This document shows positions 21,527 through 29,828 of a DNA stretch of 64,000 bases, one piece after another; the first letter of the stretch is position 1, and each line of letters opens with the position of its first letter. The notes beneath the pieces were generated by a model. It was not told the DNA's origin. It saw only the letters and a program-made list of their open reading frames with translations, and did no database searches. Origin of the DNA: Thiothrix nivea. GTDB taxonomy: Bacteria > Pseudomonadota > Gammaproteobacteria > Thiotrichales > Thiotrichaceae. Both the position numbers and the translations under genes were made by a program. Location: NCBI GenBank assembly GCA_002746895.1, contig PDRT01000047.1, positions 760 to 64,759 on the forward strand. The letters are read 5' to 3'.

Positions 21527-22237
21527 TTACTGCTGATATTGTTGCAGTACACCATCAATCTTGATCGGGCCTCTGTAAGTTCCTTTCGCTTTCACCTTAG
21601 GTATGACCGGAGTTACCCGCTGATACTTGGGGCGTGGCAACGGATACTGACGACGTTGCATCGGAGCCGGTCTGCACTGCCCCTGAGCATTGCGTCCATG
21701 CCAGCACCGCTTCTGCTGGTGACGTCTTACCGGAGCTGGCCTGCAGTGCCCTTGAGCAGTACGTCCATACCAGCACCGTTGTTGCTGATGCTGCCGCCGA
21801 ACCGGTTTACGGCAGGAGTAACGGTGAGAGTGAGCGCGACGACCATTTGGATGCACATGACGAATAGAGTTTGTGCAATTCGGAATAGCTGGATGAGTAT
21901 GCGCATCAGGATTTACAGCCGGAGCCGGTTTAGAAATTGGAGCAGGCTTAGGAACCGGACACGGCCTTGGCTTTGTGTATCGATTACCAGGTTTCGGGTT
22001 GCACTGCCCTTTCGCGTTACGACCATGCCAGCACTTCTTCGTAGCCGGGCGAGGCCGTGGGCGTGGTTTAACAACAGGTCTTCTACACTTACTGCAATCA
22101 ACTATCGTTTTCACAACAGGTTTCGGAGCGACCTGCTGCGCAACAGCCTGTTGCGCAACCATTTGCTGGCTACAGCCCGATGCAAGTAGGCCCGCAGCAA
22201 CAACGGTTGCAAGCGTAAGTTGAGTTTTCATTTTCAT
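21527..22237 (-). CDS. Cys/His/Pro/Arg-rich modular lipoprotein B
   Basis: Lipobox ASGC, CxxC, three CW[HY]GR[NT]AxG[QH]C modules, triple-HxH module, C-terminal VKAKGTYRGPIKID. Paralog of 23816-24391. Confidence 0.85.
   Translation of the reverse strand: MKMKTQLTLATVVAAGLLASGCSQQMVAQQAVAQQVAPKPVVKTIVDCSKCRRPVVKPRPRPRPATKKCWHGRNAKGQCNPKPGNRYTKPRPCPVPKPAPISKPAPAVNPDAHTHPAIPNCTNSIRHVHPNGRRAHSHRYSCRKPVRRQHQQQRCWYGRTAQGHCRPAPVRRHQQKRCWHGRNAQGQCRPAPMQRRQYPLPRPKYQRVTPVIPKVKAKGTYRGPIKIDGVLQQYQQ
21674..22033 (-). repeat. Intragenic 33-nt repeat encoding CW[HY]GR[NT]AxG[QH]C
   Basis: Copies at 21674-21706, 21743-21775 and 22001-22033. A fourth copy lies at 23957-23989. Confidence 0.9.
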
Positions 22238-22367
22238 AGTCTATGGTCTCTTTCGTTATTAAAGGAAAAGCACTCTCAAGTATAGTCAACTTATCCAGTC
22301 TTTACTAAACTGAAAGTGGTTCAACCCGCATAATTATGTACGTACAGAAAAAAATGCTGAACGGTCA

Positions 22368-23606
22368 TTAATATGTCGGGCATGTTGCCTTGTATGGTGT
22401 CTTTACCACTCCCCAGCGATACTGAAGCGGAGCGTGTGGATCAGAGACAAGATAACCGCCTTCCAGATTCTTTCTCAGCTCACGTAAAGGCATATAAAGC
22501 TCTTCTCCTAAAGTCATCTGAACCATACAAAAATCATTAAGATGCTTTAACTCACCGGCAGGTGGTTCATCAACAGCAAACACAGCTTTCGCCCATCGGG
22601 CGGGATGTGAGCGCGGATCGAAGCGACCAATCCGGTCAAGATGATGCCGGATAGAGCTAAAGAACATTTTCAGACGCCGGTCACGACTGGGCGTTGAATA
22701 GTCATCATACTCCTTGCGCGTCATACACCGGCGACCTTTCTTGCGAATTTCCTGCAGATGCCACAGTGCATCATAAACATACACACTGCGATCATTAGCA
22801 TACATACACAATGCCAGCAACAGGCGGGTGGTTTTTTCATCCGGACGTTCTGCCCGTTTACCCAGTTTTCTGGCAATCACATCGGTAAAGGCAACATAGT
22901 CATATTTCAGCTTTGCGGCCAGACGATACTGCTCTTCACTGTAGCCAGGCTGTTTTCTGGCAGCCTTGAGAATATTTTGCGGCTGCTTGAAACGACGATA
23001 ACCATCGCCCATGGCCTTGTCTTCAGGTACATAAAACGGAAATGAAGGAGTGCGCAGCAGGAAACGTGAAGTTTTCGGCGTGGTGGATGCCATGACTTCA
23101 GCAATACCGGCATCAGTCACTTCCACAATCTGGTAGGAATGCACACCGGGTGCCACATAGATGTCACCGGGTTTAATGTCATGCAAGGCTATTGGATAGG
23201 TATCATGCCGCAATGACTTGGTACTGGTCATATCGGCGATGTAATCAAGGAATTTCCTGACCCGTACACCATTCGGCTGACCATCCCAGCGGCGCATTTT
23301 ATTAGAAATCACCTTGCCCGGACGCATCTGATTATTGATTACAAAGGGCAACTTGTGTTCATAGGAAAAAATCAACCGCATCGCATAAGAGGCATCAGCA
23401 CAATCATTCTCATATTTATAATAGATCGGCTTGGCCGGGTTCATGAAAATATCATCAGTCCACTGTGTTTTAACCCAATGCTGATAGCGTCTTTCCCAAT
23501 TCGCATCCCACTCATGCTCAGCGGTCCACACAGCTGCGGAAACAGAACCCAATGGAAGAGTCAGCAACAAAATTACGGATAACACAAATTTATTCATTTT
23601 ACTCAT
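22368..23606 (-). CDS. Exported hypothetical protein with NlpC/P60-like Cys-His motif arrangement
   Basis: Signal peptide (VSA-A), NDCADASY, IKPGDIYV, GVHSY. Confidence 0.75.
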   Translation of the reverse strand: MSKMNKFVLSVILLLTLPLGSVSAAVWTAEHEWDANWERRYQHWVKTQWTDDIFMNPAKPIYYKYENDCADASYAMRLIFSYEHKLPFVINNQMRPGKVISNKMRRWDGQPNGVRVRKFLDYIADMTSTKSLRHDTYPIALHDIKPGDIYVAPGVHSYQIVEVTDAGIAEVMASTTPKTSRFLLRTPSFPFYVPEDKAMGDGYRRFKQPQNILKAARKQPGYSEEQYRLAAKLKYDYVAFTDVIARKLGKRAERPDEKTTRLLLALCMYANDRSVYVYDALWHLQEIRKKGRRCMTRKEYDDYSTPSRDRRLKMFFSSIRHHLDRIGRFDPRSHPARWAKAVFAVDEPPAGELKHLNDFCMVQMTLGEELYMPLRELRKNLEGGYLVSDPHAPLQYRWGVVKTPYKATCPTY

Positions 23607-23731
23607 AGGAATCAGCTTTTCGTTTTATGATAGCAGAGCTTACTCAGACACAGGGAATGAGACACAAATTTCGCATTTGAGTTTACTGCAAAATGCCCAC
23701 ATGAACAGAAAAAAACAACAAATAAATATAG

Positions 23732-23766
23732 AAAAGCCCGACAATACCAAGTAAGTCGGGCTTTTT
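23732..23766. terminator. Intrinsic (bidirectional-type) terminator after lipoprotein C
   Basis: aaaagcccgac...gtcgggcttttt. Confidence 0.75.
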
Positions 23767-23815
23767 ACAACAGCTAAAGCGGATTCTTAAAGCAAGTACC
23801 CGCAAACAGGCAAGA

Positions 23816-24391
23816 TTACTGCTGATATTGCTGCATTACACCATCAATCTTGATAGGGCCCCTGTAAGTACCCTTAGCCTTGACCTTTGGTACAACAGGC
23901 ATTACCGGTTTAGGCATTGGACGATAAACCGGACGCCGTACATGAGGTTTCGGATTACACTGCCCTTGCGCGTTACGACCATGCCAGCATCTTTTCATTG
24001 GACGCGGGGTCGGTACTACAGGACGAACCGGAGCCGGTTTGGAAATTGGAGCTGGCTTAGGTGTCACACAGGCTGGCTCAGGAACCTGACGACGTGGAGT
24101 GGCTTTCTTGCAGCTGTACTTGTGCTTATGGTTCCGGTTATTGTACTTATGGGTGTGTGTTGTAGAATCAGTACAACCCGGAATCGCTGGATGTGTATGC
24201 CCCCACTTGTTGTTAACAGCTGGTTTGACAGGTGTAGGCTTGTTGCAGTTGCTGCAATCCACTACTGTTTTTACGACAGGCTGCGTCTCTACAGCAACTG
24301 CCTGTTGTGCAACCATTTGCTGGCTACAGCCAGATGCCAGCAAGCCAGCAGCAATAACCGATGCAAGTGTTAGCTGAGTCTTCATTTTCAT
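23816..24391 (-). CDS. Cys/His/Pro-rich modular lipoprotein C
   Basis: Signal peptide and C-terminus nearly identical to lipoprotein B. CxxC, triple-HxH module, one CWHGRNAQGQC. Confidence 0.85.
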   Translation of the reverse strand: MKMKTQLTLASVIAAGLLASGCSQQMVAQQAVAVETQPVVKTVVDCSNCNKPTPVKPAVNNKWGHTHPAIPGCTDSTTHTHKYNNRNHKHKYSCKKATPRRQVPEPACVTPKPAPISKPAPVRPVVPTPRPMKRCWHGRNAQGQCNPKPHVRRPVYRPMPKPVMPVVPKVKAKGTYRGPIKIDGVMQQYQQ

Positions 24392-24703
24392 AGTCTTTAA
24401 TCTCGTTTAGTTGTTTAAGGAAAAGCACATCTGATCAGGCTGCGCATAAAAATCTTGTTCAGCACCCCAGATTAGTTCGAGCACAAAATCAACATACATC
24501 CTGCAAAAAAACAGGAAACAGGAAACAGTCGTTTCGCTGACAATCTACGCATACTAGCTTGTGACAAAACCCGATCAAAGTTGCATAAAGCCAACAGTAA
24601 AACCCATACTATTGTAACTTTAGAACAACAGAATAATACATCGCAGTTCTAAAAGGGTAAAGGCATCTTATCCGAAAATTGCCAATCAATGACAAAAATC
24701 CAC

Positions 24704-26083
24704 CTAAAACCCACCCATTGGCGGTAGCCCACCACCGCCGATCGGCATTTTGCCCTTCATAGCCTGCATCATTTTTCTCATTCCGCCCTTTGAGAACTTC
24801 TTCATCACTTTACTCATCTGCTGCTGTTGTTTCAACAACCGATTCACATCCTGCACCTGCAAACCACACCCCGCAGCAATACGACGTTTTCTCGATGCCT
24901 TAATCAATTCCGGGTGGCGACGTTCGGCCAGAGTCATTGAATTAATAATAGCAATCATACGCCGCACCTCCCTGTCTCCGGTTTCGCTGCTTATTTGTGC
25001 CGCCATTTGCCCCATACCTGGCATCTTGTTCATCAGACCGCCCATACCACCCATTTTCTGCATTTGCAGCATCTGTTCCCGCAGATCCTCAAAATTAAAA
25101 CTCTTGCCTTTATTCAGCTTTTTGGCCAGTTTCTGTGCCTGCTGATGATCAACTTTTTGCTGTGCCTCTTCAATCAGACTCAGCACATCACCCATTCCCA
25201 GAATCCGCGAAGCCATACGATCAGGATGAAAAGCCTCCAGTGCATCCAGCTTTTCACCCACACCAATAAACTTAATCGGCTTCCCGGTAATATGGCGCAC
25301 CGATAATGCCGCACCACCACGGGCATCACCATCCGCCTTGGTCAGTACCACACCGGTCAGTGGCAGGGCATCACCAAAGGCCTTGGCCGTATTTGCCGCA
25401 TCCTGCCCGGTCATACTATCAACCACAAACAGTGTCTCTACCGGATTAACTGCCGCATGCAGCTCGCTGATTTCTGTCATCATATCAGCATCAATCGCCA
25501 ACCGCCCGGCAGTATCCAGAATCAGCACATCAACATATTGCCGCTTCGCCTGCTCTAAGGCATTACGGGCAATATCCACAGGCTTCTGGCTGACCTCACT
25601 GGGGAAAAAGACCGCCTCCGTCTGTCCGGCCACTGTTTCCAGCTGCTTAATCGCGGCAGGGCGATAAACATCACAACTGGCGACCATTACCGATTTCCGG
25701 TTCTTTTCTTTCAGGAAACGCGTCAGCTTGCCCACCGTGGTGGTTTTACCGGCCCCTTGCAGACCCGCCATCAGGATCACCGCAGGCGGCTGGGTACTTA
25801 AATCCAGCGATTCATTTGCCTGCCCCATGGTTTCGACCAGTTCGTCATTGACCACCTTGATCAGCGCCTGCCCGGGAGTCAGACTGCTCAGCACCTCCTG
25901 TCCGACGGCCCGTGCTTTCACCCGGTTGATAAAATCACGCACCACCGGCAGTGCCACGTCTGCTTCCAGCAGCGCCATGCGGACTTCCCGCAGTGCCTCT
26001 TTAATATTATCTTCCGTCAACCGCGCCTGGCCGCGTAACTTTTTTACTGTACTGGATAAACGCCCGCTTAAATTTTCAAACAT
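24704..26083 (-). CDS. ffh: Signal recognition particle protein Ffh
   Basis: GLQGAGKTT, DTAGR, TKADGDARGG, Met-rich M domain. Confidence 0.99.
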   Translation of the reverse strand: MFENLSGRLSSTVKKLRGQARLTEDNIKEALREVRMALLEADVALPVVRDFINRVKARAVGQEVLSSLTPGQALIKVVNDELVETMGQANESLDLSTQPPAVILMAGLQGAGKTTTVGKLTRFLKEKNRKSVMVASCDVYRPAAIKQLETVAGQTEAVFFPSEVSQKPVDIARNALEQAKRQYVDVLILDTAGRLAIDADMMTEISELHAAVNPVETLFVVDSMTGQDAANTAKAFGDALPLTGVVLTKADGDARGGAALSVRHITGKPIKFIGVGEKLDALEAFHPDRMASRILGMGDVLSLIEEAQQKVDHQQAQKLAKKLNKGKSFNFEDLREQMLQMQKMGGMGGLMNKMPGMGQMAAQISSETGDREVRRMIAIINSMTLAERRHPELIKASRKRRIAAGCGLQVQDVNRLLKQQQQMSKVMKKFSKGGMRKMMQAMKGKMPIGGGGLPPMGGF

Positions 26084-26176
26084 GATTCCTGTCTTCTTCT
26101 AGTCTCAGTCATACACAAGTTGCTATCATAGCATTAAACCATATCGCCATTTTATTGACATAAAGCTGCGAGAAGC

Positions 26177-26980
26177 ATGATAACAATCATTACCTTAATG
26201 GCCGCATTTGCATGGATAGCGACCTGGCTGGTCATCGTTCTGCGCCTGCGCAAACAATCCGGACACGCGCCGGGCCTGAAAACATTGAATAGCCTGTGGT
26301 TACTCAGCCTCACCTTACACAGCACAATGCTGCTGCTTCCCTGGCTTGAGAACGGGGAAATAGCTATCGACCTGTTTGGCTCACTGACTATCGTAACCTG
26401 GCTAACCGGCCTCCTGTTATTTCTTGCACATACCCAACGCCCACTGGAAACACTGGGACTGGTGGTGATTCCCTGCACCCTGATCACCTTGTTGCTGGAT
26501 GCCACACTGGATAAGTCAGGAAATACCATTGCCTTACAGAATGGCCTGGGACTACATATTATACTGTCACTGCTCGCTTACAGCATACTGGCACTGGCCA
26601 CCTTGCAGGCACTGCTGCTATCGACACAAAACCGTTATTTGCACAAACACAAGCCGAATGGATTTATCCGCACCCTGCCGCCACTACAGGATATGGAATC
26701 CTTGCTATTCCAGCTGGTGATAACCGGTGTTGTCCTGCTGACACTGGGCCTGCTCAGTGGCTTCTTCTATCTGGATGGTTTATTTGGCCATCAGGTCGCC
26801 CACAAGACCTTCCTGTCAATACTGGCCTGGTTCACTTATTCCACACTGCTGTTTGGCCACTGGCGTTATGGCTGGCGTGGCAAAATAGCAATCCGCTGGA
26901 CTATTACCGGTTTTATTCTGCTGATGCTCGCTTTCTGGGGCAGTAAATTTATCATCGAATATCTGGTCAGTGACTCATGA
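26177..26980 (+). CDS. YpjD/CcsA-like cytochrome c assembly family membrane protein
   Basis: About 8 TM helices, LPPLQDME, HKTFLS, GWRG, WGSKF. Divergent from ffh as in many gammaproteobacteria. Confidence 0.88.
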   Translation: MITIITLMAAFAWIATWLVIVLRLRKQSGHAPGLKTLNSLWLLSLTLHSTMLLLPWLENGEIAIDLFGSLTIVTWLTGLLLFLAHTQRPLETLGLVVIPCTLITLLLDATLDKSGNTIALQNGLGLHIILSLLAYSILALATLQALLLSTQNRYLHKHKPNGFIRTLPPLQDMESLLFQLVITGVVLLTLGLLSGFFYLDGLFGHQVAHKTFLSILAWFTYSTLLFGHWRYGWRGKIAIRWTITGFILLMLAFWGSKFIIEYLVSDS

Positions 26981-28266
26981 CGCTGGACAGTATTCCATTA
27001 TGGGTGCAATTTGCCGGGCTGATTTTCCTGTTTTTGCTCTCCGGTTTTTTTTCCGGCTCAGAAACCGCACTGATGTCGCTGAACCGTTATAAGTTACGTC
27101 ATCAGGCGGAACAGGGACACATTGGCGCTTATCTTGCCCAAAAATTACTGGATAAACCGGATCGTCTGATTGGCCTCATTCTGCTGGGCAATAACTTTAT
27201 TAATATCCTGATCACCCAGCTGGCAACCCTGATCGGGGTGCATTTGTTTGGTAATGCCGGGCTGGCCATCACCACCGGTCTGCTAACGCTGTTTCTACTG
27301 ATCTTTGCTGAAGTCATGCCTAAAACACTGGCCGCGCTGCACCCCGAGCGAATTGCCTTCCCGGCCTCCCACATTTACACCGGCCTGCTTAAAGTCACCT
27401 GGCCCATTGTCTGGCTGATTAATATTATGGCCAACTCCATTTTGCGCCTGTTCCGCATGCGTCAGGATGTCGATGGCAGTATCGCACTGAACCGGGAAGA
27501 GTTGCGCAGCATTATGCATACCGCCGGACCACATATTCCCAAATCGCACCTGGATATGCTGATCAGCGTGCTGGATCTGGAGTCCACCACAGTGGAAGAT
27601 GTAATGATCCCGCGTAACCAGATTCAGGGACTGGATATGAGTCAGGACTGGAGTGAGATTGAGGAACAGCTGATTCATGGCCAGTTTACTCGCATGCTGG
27701 TCTACCATGAAAGCCTGGATAATATTCTCGGCTTTATCCATATGCGCAAAATCCTGCCATTATTCCAGGAAGGCAAGCTGGATCGTGAACGTCTGACGCA
27801 GGCGATTCGTCCTGCGTATTTTGTGCCGGAAAGTATTCCACTGGCACAACAGCTGCTGAATTTTCGTGAGGGTTCGCGCCGTATCGCCCTTGTCGTGGAT
27901 GAGTACGGCGAAATTCAGGGCCTGCTGACCATTGAGGATATTCTGGAAGAAATTGTCGGGGAGTTTTCAACCGTTCCGGTCAGTCACAGTCGGGAAATAC
28001 AGCAACGGGATGAGGGGGGTTACTGGGTGGATGGTGCCTTATCGATTCGGGAAGTAAATCGGCAGCTGGATATTCAGCTATCTACAGACGGCCCGAAAAC
28101 CATCAATGGCCTGATTCTGGAACATCTCGAATCCATTCCGGTACCCGGCATGACTGTATTGATTGACAATCACCCGATGGAGATCCGTAAAACCCGTAAC
28201 AACGCTGTAAAAACACTTATTATTCACCCACGCATCGAACGTCATCAGGATCACCGTGATGGCTAA
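26977..28266 (+). CDS. HlyC/CorC (CNNM-CBS) family transporter, YfjD-like
   Basis: FFSGSETA, ILLGNN, AEVMPKTLA, CBS pair, VVDEYG, EDILEEIVGE. Confidence 0.92.
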   Translation: MTLDSIPLWVQFAGLIFLFLLSGFFSGSETALMSLNRYKLRHQAEQGHIGAYLAQKLLDKPDRLIGLILLGNNFINILITQLATLIGVHLFGNAGLAITTGLLTLFLLIFAEVMPKTLAALHPERIAFPASHIYTGLLKVTWPIVWLINIMANSILRLFRMRQDVDGSIALNREELRSIMHTAGPHIPKSHLDMLISVLDLESTTVEDVMIPRNQIQGLDMSQDWSEIEEQLIHGQFTRMLVYHESLDNILGFIHMRKILPLFQEGKLDRERLTQAIRPAYFVPESIPLAQQLLNFREGSRRIALVVDEYGEIQGLLTIEDILEEIVGEFSTVPVSHSREIQQRDEGGYWVDGALSIREVNRQLDIQLSTDGPKTINGLILEHLESIPVPGMTVLIDNHPMEIRKTRNNAVKTLIIHPRIERHQDHRDG

Positions 28267-29623
28267 AACAAAAACACACTATCATTGCACCGCCTGTGGC
28301 AGTATCCACAGCAAATGGAACGGGCAATGTTCAGACTGTGGTGAATGGAACACACTCGAAGAAAGCATCAGTGCTACCAATAACAAATCTGCCAAACATC
28401 CGCGCTTCAGTGGCTATGCCGGGGAACGCGCCACCATTCACTCACTGGGCAATATAAAGACCGAAGAAGTGTTGCGCACCCCGACTTCGCTTCCCGAGTT
28501 TGACCGCGCACTCGGCGGCGGTCTAGTGGCAGGCTCCGTAATTTTAATCGGTGGCGACCCCGGCATTGGCAAATCGACCATTCTGCTGCAAACCCTGTGC
28601 GAAATGCACAATACCAGCAGCCTGTATGTCACCGGTGAGGAATCCATGCAGCAAATCAGCATGCGTGCCAAACGGCTGGTACTACCGGCACAACACTTGC
28701 GGCTACTGACAGAAACCTGTGTTGAAACCATTCTCGCACTGGCGCAAAGCGAACGCCCGCAACTCATGGTGATCGACTCGATACAAACCCTGTTTACAGA
28801 ACATTTGCAATCAGCACCCGGCTCGGTCAGCCAGATTCGTGAATCCGCCGCACAACTGGTACGTTTCGCCAAACAGACTCAAACCATCCTGTTCATTGTC
28901 GGCCACGTTACCAAGGAAGGCACACTGGCCGGGCCACGGGTGCTGGAACACATGGTGGATACGGTGCTGTATTTTGAAGGTGATCCCGGTGGTCGCTACC
29001 GGATTCTGCGGGCAGTCAAAAACCGTTTTGGTGCGGTGAATGAACTGGGTGTTTTTGCCATGACCGAACAGGGCCTGAAAGGGGTCAGTAACCCGTCAGC
29101 CATCTTCCTGTCACGTCATGAAGAGCCCGTGCCCGGCAGTGCCATCATGGTCACCAGAGAAGGCACACGCCCGTTACTGGTGGAAGTTCAGGCACTGGTA
29201 GACAGCAGCCACGGCACCCACTCCCGTCGCGTCGCACTGGGCCTGGAACAGAACCGGCTGGCCATGTTACTGGCCGTTTTACATCGTCACGGCAATATCG
29301 CCATGTTTGATCAGGATGTCTTTATTAATATCGTAGGGGGTGTTAAGATCTCCGAAACGGCTGTAGATTTACCGTTGCTGATTGCTGCATTTTCCAGCTT
29401 TCGCAATCGTCCTCTTCCCAATGATGTGGTTATCTTTGGTGAAGTCGGGCTGGCGGGTGAAATACGGCCGGTGCCGAATGGCGAGGAACGTTTGCGTGAA
29501 GCTGCAAAACACGGTTTCAGACGGGCGATTATCCCTAAAGCGAATAAACCACACCAAAAAATAAAGGACATCCAGATCACTCTTGCTGCACGGTTGAGTG
29601 ATGCTATTGATGCATTGGTGTGA
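28256..29623 (+). CDS. radA: DNA repair protein RadA/Sms
   Basis: C4 zinc finger, GDPGIGKST, KNRFG, GEVGLAGE. Confidence 0.98.
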   Translation: MMAKTKTHYHCTACGSIHSKWNGQCSDCGEWNTLEESISATNNKSAKHPRFSGYAGERATIHSLGNIKTEEVLRTPTSLPEFDRALGGGLVAGSVILIGGDPGIGKSTILLQTLCEMHNTSSLYVTGEESMQQISMRAKRLVLPAQHLRLLTETCVETILALAQSERPQLMVIDSIQTLFTEHLQSAPGSVSQIRESAAQLVRFAKQTQTILFIVGHVTKEGTLAGPRVLEHMVDTVLYFEGDPGGRYRILRAVKNRFGAVNELGVFAMTEQGLKGVSNPSAIFLSRHEEPVPGSAIMVTREGTRPLLVEVQALVDSSHGTHSRRVALGLEQNRLAMLLAVLHRHGNIAMFDQDVFINIVGGVKISETAVDLPLLIAAFSSFRNRPLPNDVVIFGEVGLAGEIRPVPNGEERLREAAKHGFRRAIIPKANKPHQKIKDIQITLAARLSDAIDALV

Positions 29624-29828
29624 ATTTACAACACACTTGTCGCATATTGGTTGACTCCAGGTCACATCTATAATATTTTTAGCGACAATTCGGGGCGTAA
29701 ATTTATTCATAAATTTTTTCAGGATTAATCAGTCCCGCGTGCTTCGTCATCGAATCCCGTTATCAATGTTCATTAAAGAAACTGGTTTATGAATCGCTTA
29801 CCTGCTTGCATGGCCAGGGAGTTAAATA

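Noticed and set aside
21560-21590. RGP in the lipoprotein tail as a ribosome-arrest motif near ffh
   Set aside because: The genes lie downstream of ffh, are followed by terminators, and lipoprotein A has RGA.
21660-21800. 69-nt tandem repeat as a possible CRISPR-like array
   Set aside because: Only two degenerate in-frame coding units, with no unique spacers and no cas genes.
21455-22189. 244-aa plus-strand ORF (and 23828-24373) opposite the modular lipoproteins
   Set aside because: Antisense shadows. The minus frames have lipoboxes, protein-level paralogy and terminators.
24505-24530. aacagga direct repeat (about 2.7 copies) upstream of lipoprotein C
   Set aside because: Too short and low-complexity, and not present upstream of paralog B.
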